Below are positions 18,089-27,136 of a DNA stretch of 64,000 nt, one piece after another. This stretch comes from Deferribacterales bacterium (GTDB lineage: Bacteria; Chrysiogenota; Deferribacteres; Deferribacterales; Geovibrionaceae). Each line of letters opens with the position of its first letter. Positions within the stretch are counted from its first letter, which is position 1. The notes under the pieces were generated by a model. That model saw only the letters and a program-made list of their open reading frames with translations, made no database searches and was not told the origin of the DNA. Location: contig JBFWJS010000003.1 of assembly GCA_050253075.1 (NCBI GenBank), positions 181,458 through 245,457 on the forward strand, read 5' to 3'. Position numbers and translations under genes: made by a program.

Positions 18089-21000
18089 ATGAGTAAAGTT
18101 CTCGCAACTGTAAACGGGATATCGGGCAAGTTTTTTGCGATGTCGCCGACAGGAGAAGTAAGGGTCTTAAACAGCGGTGATGTGGTATATGAAGGTGATG
18201 CGATATTCTCTCAGGTCGCAGACGGGTCTTTCGAAGACTTTATCGACTTCGTATACACAAACGGCGAGAATGTTGTCCTGACCGGTTCTTCATATTATCT
18301 GGTGGAGACCATCATCGCAGGAAATGATGATACAGACATCCAGAGGTCATACCCCTCGCAGGAGCAGGAAGAATATATAAGGCTCCACGGATATGCCGAA
18401 GGCGAAGATGAAGACTCATATTATAACAACAATCCTGACAGTGCCTCATTCATTCCTAACACTATCAGGCCTGAAAATACAAACCCTGCACCCGAGGAAG
18501 ACCCCTCAGCGGAGGGAACTGCTCCCGATACTGATGTTGATGTCATCGGCGCAGACACGGCGCAGGATATCCCTAACGCTGAGCCCGAGGCTCCCGGCAG
18601 CGAGATAACGGGTATCGAAGATACAGAATACGTCATAACTCTCGCCGATCTGAACTATTCAGATGCAGACGGCGACCCTGCCTTTGCGGTGAAGATAATA
18701 TCTCTGCCCGATGAAGGTACGCTGACGCTGAACGGAAATCCCGTGGTGGAAGGTCAGGTCATACACGCATCAGATATAGACGGCGGTCTGCTGGTATTCA
18801 CACCTGATGCAGACGAATACGGCAGCGGATACACAGAATTCCTCTATGCTGTATCAGACGGCGAAGCATACAGCAACCCCGGCACTATGATAGTGAATAT
18901 CGACCCCGTGGACACAGGCATAGACAACCAGACATACACTGAGAACGACCCTGCAACGATACTGGATTCGGAGATCAGCCTTACAGATGTGGCGGGTGAT
19001 TATGTATCCGGTGCGACTGTTACCATAACAGACCTGCAGGATGGGGATGTGCTCTCATTCACACAGCAGAGCGGGATAACAGGCTCTTACAATGCTGCAA
19101 CGGGCGTGCTTACCCTGACGGGTACGGCGACAGTGGCAGAGTATGAGGCAGCTCTTGAAAGTGTGACATACATCTCACAGAGCGACGATCCTACGGTGAA
19201 CGATGCCTTTACCACAAGGGACATAGAATGGAGCGTTACAGGCGCAGAGAACACCACCCATTATGGATCGCTCCTGACCATCATACCTCTGACAGATAAC
19301 CCCGTGGTGATGTCGGACAGCGTGACAATGTATACCGAAGGCGAACCGGCGGTGGTTATCGACCATGCTGTCAGCCTTTCAGACGTGGACGACACAGAGA
19401 TCACTTCGGCTACGGTACAGATAACCGAAGGGCTGAACACGGGCGATGTACTCTCTTTCATCGATACGGCAAATATATCGGGAAGCTATGACCCTGAGAC
19501 GGGCACTCTCACCCTTACAGGTACGGCGTCAGTGGCAGAGTATGAAGCCGCTCTCCAGAGTGTCACATACGAAAACACCGGAGACGACCTCTCCGACGAT
19601 AAAACTATTACATGGACAGTAAACGACGCAAACAGCGACGATGCAGGAACGGGCACAGGGATAGCGACAAGCACCATAGTGGCCATACCTCTTCCTGATT
19701 CGCCTGTTTTCGCCGATATAGACGATCAGGTATATACAGAGAATGACCCTGCAACGGTGCTCGACTCAGACATCAGCCTGACAGATGTGGATGACGAATA
19801 TATATCAGGCGCATCCATAACCATAACAGACCTGCAGGACGGCGATGTTCTCTCATTTACGGAGCAGAGCGGGATAACCGGCTCATACGACCCTGTGACA
19901 GGTGTGCTGACCCTGACGGGTACGGCGACTGTGGCAGAGTATGAATCCGCTCTGGAGAGCGTGACATATCTCTCCGAAAGTGATGACCCCACAGTGGGCG
20001 ACACGGAGATGACAAGAGACATCAAGTGGAGCGTGACAGATGCCGACAGCGACGGCACAGGCGCACAGACCACTACATATACATCTCTGCTGACCATAAC
20101 CCCCGTCGAGAATGATGATGCTCCTATAGCAAATCAGGCCGCTGACGTCACAGTCACCGAGGCGGACTATGACGCTGTGGCAGACGTCACCGTGAACGGA
20201 AACCTGCTGACAGACGGCGGTGCGGATAACTTCAACGACGGATTCGACTATGTGCCCGACAACGGCGCAGTGATCTATCAGGTGTCCTACACTGACACCA
20301 ACGGTGATGCGCAGACAACGACACTCACGACAACGGAAACCACACTCGATACATACTACGGCTCACTCACAATAAACAAAGATACCGGTGCATATGCATT
20401 TGATATAAGCGGAAATATCGACCACACAGCCTCTGATTCGGTTACTGAAACATTCAGCTATAACCTGATAGACGGCGACGGAGATATATCAAACTTCGCA
20501 GACCAGAACATCATAATCACAGACGGCACAGACCCTTCATTCGGCACGGTGGACAGTGCAGTGCTTTATGAGAAGAACCTCGCCAGCGGTACAGACCCCG
20601 ACGCAGGGAAGCTCTCTGTGACAGGATCCCTCGACCTTACCGGAGGAAGCGACGACTTCGAGGCGGTATTCACACAGAATACTATCGACTACCTCGAAAG
20701 CCTTAACCTTGAATCAAATAACAGCACCGTAACATACTCCCTCTCCCCTGACGGAAGCACTATCACTGCGGAAAAGGACGACCTCTCGGGTGTTGTCTTC
20801 ACAGTGGTACTGACATCCTCAGACTCCGACAGCGCAGGCTACACATTCACCCTGTCTGCTCCGATAGACGAAAGCGGGGATAAAGTGATGAACCTGCCCG
20901 TGAGCGTGACAGACAGTGATGACGACACGGCAACGGCGACTATATCACTCACAATCATGGATGACACTGCCCCCACAGAGCAGACGATATCCGTGAACGA

Positions 21001-24000
21001 AGACTCGAATGCAACAGTGAATACAAATGCAGACGTGACACAGGTAAACACCGTGATAGGCACAGGCGCAGTCGCAGGAGACATCGCCCCCACACACGGA
21101 ACAGCAGTAGTAAACCCGGACGGAAGCATTACATATACGGCAACAGACCAGAATTACAGCGGTACTGATTCATTTACATACACCACGACGACAGATCAGG
21201 GGGAGTTTACGACCACTGTTACGGTAAACGTTATCCCGGTATCTGATGCTCCTACATGGAGCGGCACAACAGACTACACCACCCTAGAGGATACGTCTGT
21301 ACCTCTCAGCGGAATGGCTCTCCCTGTCCTTTCAGACACAGATACCGATCAGTACTCTGAAAAGCTCGGCACCATAAATGTGGATATATCCACAGGTGCC
21401 GCGCTTGAATATTCATACACTGAACCGGGCGGGAATATCGTCAGCGGTAACAGTATAACAGGCACAAGCAGCACTGCTGACATGCACATCGTTATCGTCA
21501 ACGGAGACGGCACGGTGAATACAGACTATCACTACAGCGACATAGACACTACGGGCGCAGTACTGATGACAGTGGCACAGTATCAGAGCATGGTTTACAC
21601 ACCAACGCCTGATGATGCAGACGATGCAGATATCACCATAACAGCCACAAGCTACGACAGTACAGACGGCACTATGGCAAGTGCTGTGGCGGGGGCGAGC
21701 AGTACCTCGACAGTACACGTGGAAGTAGAGGCGATAACAGACCCTGTGACTATGGCAGCAAGCGCAGCCAGTGACAGCCTCACCGCATCAGAGGATTCAT
21801 GGATAAATATCGGCAGCTATTTTACATGGACGACGGGAGATTTCGACGGCTCCGAGGATAAAAGCATCACCATATCGGGCATCCCGAGCGGATGGTCATA
21901 CAGCGTAAACGGAACGTCTGTGAAAGGGACTGCGAACGGTTCCGACATTACCATAAGCGTCAATAACTCATTCTATATAAAACCGCCTTTAAACAGCGAT
22001 GCAGATGCAAACTTCACCGTGACATTTACTGTCGAGTCCACCGACACGGATGACGACACGACAGTATTTACGACCCCTATCATAACAGAGACGGCGAGCG
22101 ACAGCATCACGCTGGACATAACAATAGACCCTCAGCCTGACGGTGTTACGATAAACACCACAGACGGACAAAACTATGAGGACAGTCTCGTTTCATTTGA
22201 CGTATCTGCGACCATAAAGGATACGTCGGTGGATGACGGCTCGGCAGAGACCATCGATACTGTGACTATAAGCAATATACCGACAGGGGCCATCATCTAT
22301 ACAGATGCAGCGGGCACTGTCGTATTAGTGGATAACACAACAGGGGCGAACAGCAGCGTCGTCATAACAGTGAACTCCACATCAGACTACAGCGACACTT
22401 TCTATATTCTACCCCCTCAGGACTATAACGGTTCTTTCGATCTGGACATAGATGTTGAATCTTATGAATCAGCCGATGCGGGAAATTCTGTGACAGACTC
22501 AGGAACCGTAACAATCGATGTCGTAGGTGTCGTGGATACTTCGGCAGGCGATGCAGATCATGCCGATGCGGGATACTTAGATGTATCGATAGGTGGCAGT
22601 GCAGGGACGGGTGTCTCTTCCACTGCCAGCTATCTGGCAACATACGCCACGGATGAGGACGTCAGGGTAAACCTGAACATCGACGTGGACTCTTTTGAAT
22701 CCAGCGGTGACGGCTCTGAAAAGATAACTGTCGTGATCAGCATGGACGACGGCTCATACAGCGGAGAGTTCACCATAGTGGATAACGGCGGCAATGAGAT
22801 AGGCTATGCATCCCACGACGGATGGCACCTTACAGCAGCAGAGGCGGCGGATGCGCACCTTCTGCCTGCGGAAGATTCAGGGGATGACCTTTCCCTCGCT
22901 GTGACTACGATAGTAGAGGATAAAGACGGCAGTACCGTCGACGATGTGAACACACAGACAGAATATATCTACATAGACGTGACACCAGTGACAGACGTAC
23001 CCGACATAGTGGTCAGGGATGTTTTCACCAATGAGGACAGTGCAGTAAACCTTGATATACGCCCAATCGTGACAGATATAGACGGCAGTGAATCGCCGAT
23101 ATCTGTTTCGCTAACTGTTCCTTCGGGGGCTGCCCTTTCATATTACGACTCCGGCTCGGACAGCTATATCACTATCTTTGTGAATGATACGGCGGGCGAG
23201 CTTACATACGATTTCAGCATAGATGCCGTCTCGACAGGCACTACAGGTCTGGCGAGCGGTGCAGGCGGAACATATGCCAGCGGTATCACACTGGAAAACC
23301 TCGGCAACCTGTACTTTACACCGCCAGCACACGCAAACGGCGATATAGAGCTGACCGTGACACCTGTCGTACAGGAAGATACAGGGGAAGTACCTGCATC
23401 CCAGACGGTCACAGTGACAGTCTATTCACAGGGTATAGCCGATGCGCCTGTTCTGCATCTGGTGGATACAGACGATAGCTCCGTGATACTGAATCAGGGG
23501 ACAGGCGAAGAATCCACTCTGAACCCTAGTCAGGACGTTATATACGACGGCGACGACACCATAACCATCGTCGGCCATGAAAAAACAGAGAATAATCCGA
23601 TAGTCGGCATACCGATAAGCCTTTATGCCGTCAGCAGTGAATATACTGCCTCGGTGGATATCAGCACAAATCCTGCTTACTCCGCTGCGGCAGACCCAAT
23701 GACAGATACATCCGAGACCATAAGCTACATTCTGGATAATGTGCCTGACGACATCAGGCTGGTGGACTCTGCGGGTAATCTCGTGGGGACATACATGGGT
23801 GCAGGCGGTGACAGCGACACGAAGAAGTGGGCTATCACAGCCGACGAGATGTCAGACCTGCTGCTCTCTGCTCCTGAGAAATATTCGGGCGTATTCGAGC
23901 TGATACTCACCACTATCGTCACAGAGGACGACGGTGACGAGACAAGCATACAGACTCCTATCACTCTGGATATACAGCCTGAGATCACGACCACGGCCGA

Positions 24001-27000
24001 TGATGTTCTCGTCGGTGCGACAGGGTCTGAGGACGGGCTGATGATACTTAGCTTCGGCTCTTCGGACGATACCTCCGAGGTGCTGACATATGTGAAAATA
24101 CCTGAAAGCGGTATACCCGAAGGGTTTACCCTTATGATATACGACGAAGGCTCTTCCCAGTGGGTTGCGGCTTCGTCATTCCTCACACCTGAGGGCGGAT
24201 ACTATGTAGTGACAGACTATTACCAGTCAGGCTATGTGGCTCTGCAGGTGAATGACGGCGGTGTATGGTCTCAGAAGGATACGGCGACAGAGGGCGTTAA
24301 TCCCCAGATAACAGGCATCATCGTCGGCATAGACGACCTCACTGACGGAGACTCCACCGAGACAGACGCAGCCCTGACAGGGGATATGGATGTCATCATC
24401 GATGCAGATGCCGATGCTCCTGCTATGAGTGTCGCAGACGACACTCTCGAGCCTGACTGCGGCGTTGCCATCGGTCTGGGGATAACAGCCTCCTACGACG
24501 ACAGCGACGGTTCTGAAACACATTATTACATAATACAGAGCGTGCCGAACGGATGGTATGTGACCAATGCCGAATACAACGGCGACGGCACATGGTATGT
24601 CGAGGCGGGGGATATCTCAAACGTGAGCATCGTGGCATACGGCAACGACCCTGCGGATATCACCGTTGTGGGATACTCTGTGGAGACATCAAACGAAGAT
24701 ACGGAGACCAGCTCTATCGTTATAAACGTAGACCCCGTTGACGGAACATGCTCCGGCCCCGGTACTGAAACATATACTGCACAGGTGCCTACTCTTGTAG
24801 TGGTTACGCCTACGACGACAGAAGACACTGCGTCTCTGTCTCTGGACGACTTTATCACTTCGCTGCATCTGAACGACAGCGACTCGGGCTCTGAGTCACT
24901 GGTGCTGATAATATCAGACCTGCCTGCGGGGGTAACTCTCTCTTCGGACACATACGACCTGATAAATTACACAGACAGCACAGGCAAGGACTGTATAAGG
25001 GTGGAGATACCGACGAACGGCAACGACGAGGTTGACCCTGCGGTGCTTCAGGCGATAATGGTGAACCTGCCGAGCGACTACAGCGGCATGATCACATTCA
25101 CCTTAAACGCCGTGGCTATAGAGACAGGCAACGGAACACGCATAGTTTCAGCGGGGACAGATCAGGAAAACAATGTATCAGCCAGCATATCGCCTGTGGC
25201 GGATGCTCTGGTCGTGATGCCTATCGTAACAAGCATAGTGGAAGACCAGCAGACGGCACTGCAGTTTACGCTCTCTTCGTCAGACGGAGTGACCAGCAGT
25301 GTAGACCATGCTGAGACAGTCTCATCCACTGTATATATAACAATCACAAACGGAACATTCGTGGATGGCAGCGGGAACACACTCGCCTCGACAAACCTCG
25401 AGGTGCAGGTGGACGGCAGCGGAAACGTAACATTCGGAGGCAGCGTAGTTTACGTCGTGCCGAACAGCCAGACCACAGATACCGTCACCATAAGCATTTC
25501 TGCCGATGTGACAGATGCTACAGACGGATATGTATCCAGCGTCATCACGCAGAGTACATCATACGAAATATCCGTAAGCTCCGAGCCTGACCCTGCGGGG
25601 TATGAGGACGGCAGCAATACGCCTTCGACACTGGCGGTGCTCGATGCCTCCGGAGCAGAGGATGCTCCGATACAGCTTAATATCACCGCTGTATTCCCCG
25701 ATGCGGACGGCTCAGAGATACAGTCACTCGTGCTGACAGATATGCCTGACGGAGCGATCATAGTGAACTCGCTCGGCAATATAGTCGGGCAGAACAACGG
25801 CAACGGCACATGGGACATCACAGGCGCAGACCTCGGCGATATCTACTTTGTACCTTCGCCGAATTTCAGCGGAACACTTACACTCGGCATAACATCCTAT
25901 GCCATAGAGATAGACACTTTCGACGCTGCCGAATACAGCACCACATTCGATGTGGAGGTGACGGCAGTTGCAGACGGAGTGGTCATCACAACCCATAACG
26001 CAAGCGGTGCCGAAGGGGACTATATAAGACCTGCGGGCGACACCGGCTTCCTCGAGGGTGCTCTGGTAGAGACCGAGGAATATCTGCTCTCTACATACTA
26101 TGATGCAAATACCCCTGACGAATCCAGAATGGACGAGACCTATAAGGTGGTATTCGACGGAGTGGACGACGGCATCAGCTTCTATTATCAGGACGCAGGC
26201 GGGAACTACATCCTGCTTCAGGACACAGACGCCGGTGCTGACACATACACCATGGAAGGACTGACACAAAGCCAGCTGGATACGCTCTCTATAGTCTCCA
26301 CAGAGACTACGGGAACGCTCTATCTCGGTGTGGAGGTCTCATCTCAGGAATACGACAGCGACGGCAACCTCGTGGATACATCCGCACCCGAGACAGGAAG
26401 CCTGACTGTTTCAGTCAGTGCAGTCACTCAGGGGCTGGAGCTCACAGATTTCGGCAGAGGCGCAGCGGGCGCACCTGCTGACCTTACCCTCAGCTATATA
26501 GACGGTGACGGAAGCGAATCCATAAGCGGGAACATAGTAATCACTACGACAGCATCCCTGAACCACGGCAGTGAGTCGTCGGACGTGTGGACACTGAGCG
26601 AATCTGACCTCACAGGGCTGACATTCACTCCTGCGGACAACGCAGCATTTACCACAACGATAGAAGCCACGACCACGGAAAACGGCGTGGATAACATACA
26701 GACCATCACCATAAGCCACGGCTCGTCTTCCAACGACAGCTTTAACTACGGCGATGCGGACTATATTGACGGCTGGGGCGGTACAGACACTGTATCTATG
26801 AGCGGTCAGACTATAAACCTTGAACTCGTCTCATCCAACATGACAGGGATAGAAAAGATAAATATGGATAACGGCACAAGCACCAATGCCATAACAAACC
26901 TCAGCGTGAACGACTTCCTCGATATCACGGGCGGGGGGAACACCCTGACCATAGACGGCGGTTCCGAAGACTCCGTGTCTCTGGTGAACGGCGACGGAGG

Positions 27001-27112
27001 AGACTGGACAGACAACGGCGTATCGGGGGGCTACCACTCATTTTCCTATTCGGACGGTGGAAGCACACACACCATAAACATTGATGTAGATATCAATACG
27101 ACAGTTTCATAA
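18089..27112 (+). CDS. Giant (~3000 aa) T1SS-secreted repetitive adhesin, LapA/BapA-like, with N-terminal retention module
   Basis: N-terminus VLATVNGISGKFFAMSPTGEVRVLNSGDVVYEGD; many acidic Thr-rich Ig/cadherin-like repeats (xED..DxDGSE..P.G); C-terminal IDGWGGTD and TLTIDG.SED.V.L secretion-signal-like region; upstream of the T1SS genes; RBS GGAGG favours ATG 18089. Confidence 0.9.
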   Translation: MSKVLATVNGISGKFFAMSPTGEVRVLNSGDVVYEGDAIFSQVADGSFEDFIDFVYTNGENVVLTGSSYYLVETIIAGNDDTDIQRSYPSQEQEEYIRLHGYAEGEDEDSYYNNNPDSASFIPNTIRPENTNPAPEEDPSAEGTAPDTDVDVIGADTAQDIPNAEPEAPGSEITGIEDTEYVITLADLNYSDADGDPAFAVKIISLPDEGTLTLNGNPVVEGQVIHASDIDGGLLVFTPDADEYGSGYTEFLYAVSDGEAYSNPGTMIVNIDPVDTGIDNQTYTENDPATILDSEISLTDVAGDYVSGATVTITDLQDGDVLSFTQQSGITGSYNAATGVLTLTGTATVAEYEAALESVTYISQSDDPTVNDAFTTRDIEWSVTGAENTTHYGSLLTIIPLTDNPVVMSDSVTMYTEGEPAVVIDHAVSLSDVDDTEITSATVQITEGLNTGDVLSFIDTANISGSYDPETGTLTLTGTASVAEYEAALQSVTYENTGDDLSDDKTITWTVNDANSDDAGTGTGIATSTIVAIPLPDSPVFADIDDQVYTENDPATVLDSDISLTDVDDEYISGASITITDLQDGDVLSFTEQSGITGSYDPVTGVLTLTGTATVAEYESALESVTYLSESDDPTVGDTEMTRDIKWSVTDADSDGTGAQTTTYTSLLTITPVENDDAPIANQAADVTVTEADYDAVADVTVNGNLLTDGGADNFNDGFDYVPDNGAVIYQVSYTDTNGDAQTTTLTTTETTLDTYYGSLTINKDTGAYAFDISGNIDHTASDSVTETFSYNLIDGDGDISNFADQNIIITDGTDPSFGTVDSAVLYEKNLASGTDPDAGKLSVTGSLDLTGGSDDFEAVFTQNTIDYLESLNLESNNSTVTYSLSPDGSTITAEKDDLSGVVFTVVLTSSDSDSAGYTFTLSAPIDESGDKVMNLPVSVTDSDDDTATATISLTIMDDTAPTEQTISVNEDSNATVNTNADVTQVNTVIGTGAVAGDIAPTHGTAVVNPDGSITYTATDQNYSGTDSFTYTTTTDQGEFTTTVTVNVIPVSDAPTWSGTTDYTTLEDTSVPLSGMALPVLSDTDTDQYSEKLGTINVDISTGAALEYSYTEPGGNIVSGNSITGTSSTADMHIVIVNGDGTVNTDYHYSDIDTTGAVLMTVAQYQSMVYTPTPDDADDADITITATSYDSTDGTMASAVAGASSTSTVHVEVEAITDPVTMAASAASDSLTASEDSWINIGSYFTWTTGDFDGSEDKSITISGIPSGWSYSVNGTSVKGTANGSDITISVNNSFYIKPPLNSDADANFTVTFTVESTDTDDDTTVFTTPIITETASDSITLDITIDPQPDGVTINTTDGQNYEDSLVSFDVSATIKDTSVDDGSAETIDTVTISNIPTGAIIYTDAAGTVVLVDNTTGANSSVVITVNSTSDYSDTFYILPPQDYNGSFDLDIDVESYESADAGNSVTDSGTVTIDVVGVVDTSAGDADHADAGYLDVSIGGSAGTGVSSTASYLATYATDEDVRVNLNIDVDSFESSGDGSEKITVVISMDDGSYSGEFTIVDNGGNEIGYASHDGWHLTAAEAADAHLLPAEDSGDDLSLAVTTIVEDKDGSTVDDVNTQTEYIYIDVTPVTDVPDIVVRDVFTNEDSAVNLDIRPIVTDIDGSESPISVSLTVPSGAALSYYDSGSDSYITIFVNDTAGELTYDFSIDAVSTGTTGLASGAGGTYASGITLENLGNLYFTPPAHANGDIELTVTPVVQEDTGEVPASQTVTVTVYSQGIADAPVLHLVDTDDSSVILNQGTGEESTLNPSQDVIYDGDDTITIVGHEKTENNPIVGIPISLYAVSSEYTASVDISTNPAYSAAADPMTDTSETISYILDNVPDDIRLVDSAGNLVGTYMGAGGDSDTKKWAITADEMSDLLLSAPEKYSGVFELILTTIVTEDDGDETSIQTPITLDIQPEITTTADDVLVGATGSEDGLMILSFGSSDDTSEVLTYVKIPESGIPEGFTLMIYDEGSSQWVAASSFLTPEGGYYVVTDYYQSGYVALQVNDGGVWSQKDTATEGVNPQITGIIVGIDDLTDGDSTETDAALTGDMDVIIDADADAPAMSVADDTLEPDCGVAIGLGITASYDDSDGSETHYYIIQSVPNGWYVTNAEYNGDGTWYVEAGDISNVSIVAYGNDPADITVVGYSVETSNEDTETSSIVINVDPVDGTCSGPGTETYTAQVPTLVVVTPTTTEDTASLSLDDFITSLHLNDSDSGSESLVLIISDLPAGVTLSSDTYDLINYTDSTGKDCIRVEIPTNGNDEVDPAVLQAIMVNLPSDYSGMITFTLNAVAIETGNGTRIVSAGTDQENNVSASISPVADALVVMPIVTSIVEDQQTALQFTLSSSDGVTSSVDHAETVSSTVYITITNGTFVDGSGNTLASTNLEVQVDGSGNVTFGGSVVYVVPNSQTTDTVTISISADVTDATDGYVSSVITQSTSYEISVSSEPDPAGYEDGSNTPSTLAVLDASGAEDAPIQLNITAVFPDADGSEIQSLVLTDMPDGAIIVNSLGNIVGQNNGNGTWDITGADLGDIYFVPSPNFSGTLTLGITSYAIEIDTFDAAEYSTTFDVEVTAVADGVVITTHNASGAEGDYIRPAGDTGFLEGALVETEEYLLSTYYDANTPDESRMDETYKVVFDGVDDGISFYYQDAGGNYILLQDTDAGADTYTMEGLTQSQLDTLSIVSTETTGTLYLGVEVSSQEYDSDGNLVDTSAPETGSLTVSVSAVTQGLELTDFGRGAAGAPADLTLSYIDGDGSESISGNIVITTTASLNHGSESSDVWTLSESDLTGLTFTPADNAAFTTTIEATTTENGVDNIQTITISHGSSSNDSFNYGDADYIDGWGGTDTVSMSGQTINLELVSSNMTGIEKINMDNGTSTNAITNLSVNDFLDITGGGNTLTIDGGSEDSVSLVNGDGGDWTDNGVSGGYHSFSYSDGGSTHTINIDVDINTTVS
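18920..20104 (+). repeat. Three tandem ~125-aa repeats within the adhesin
   Basis: YTE..PA..D..SL.DV..GDVLSF..GSY...TG.LTLTGTA.VAEYE.AL.SVTY at ~18920-19290, ~19322-19690 and ~19718-20104; units 1 and 3 are also similar at DNA level. Confidence 0.85.
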
Positions 27113-27136
27113 AGGTTATTATTTAAAGGAGGATAT

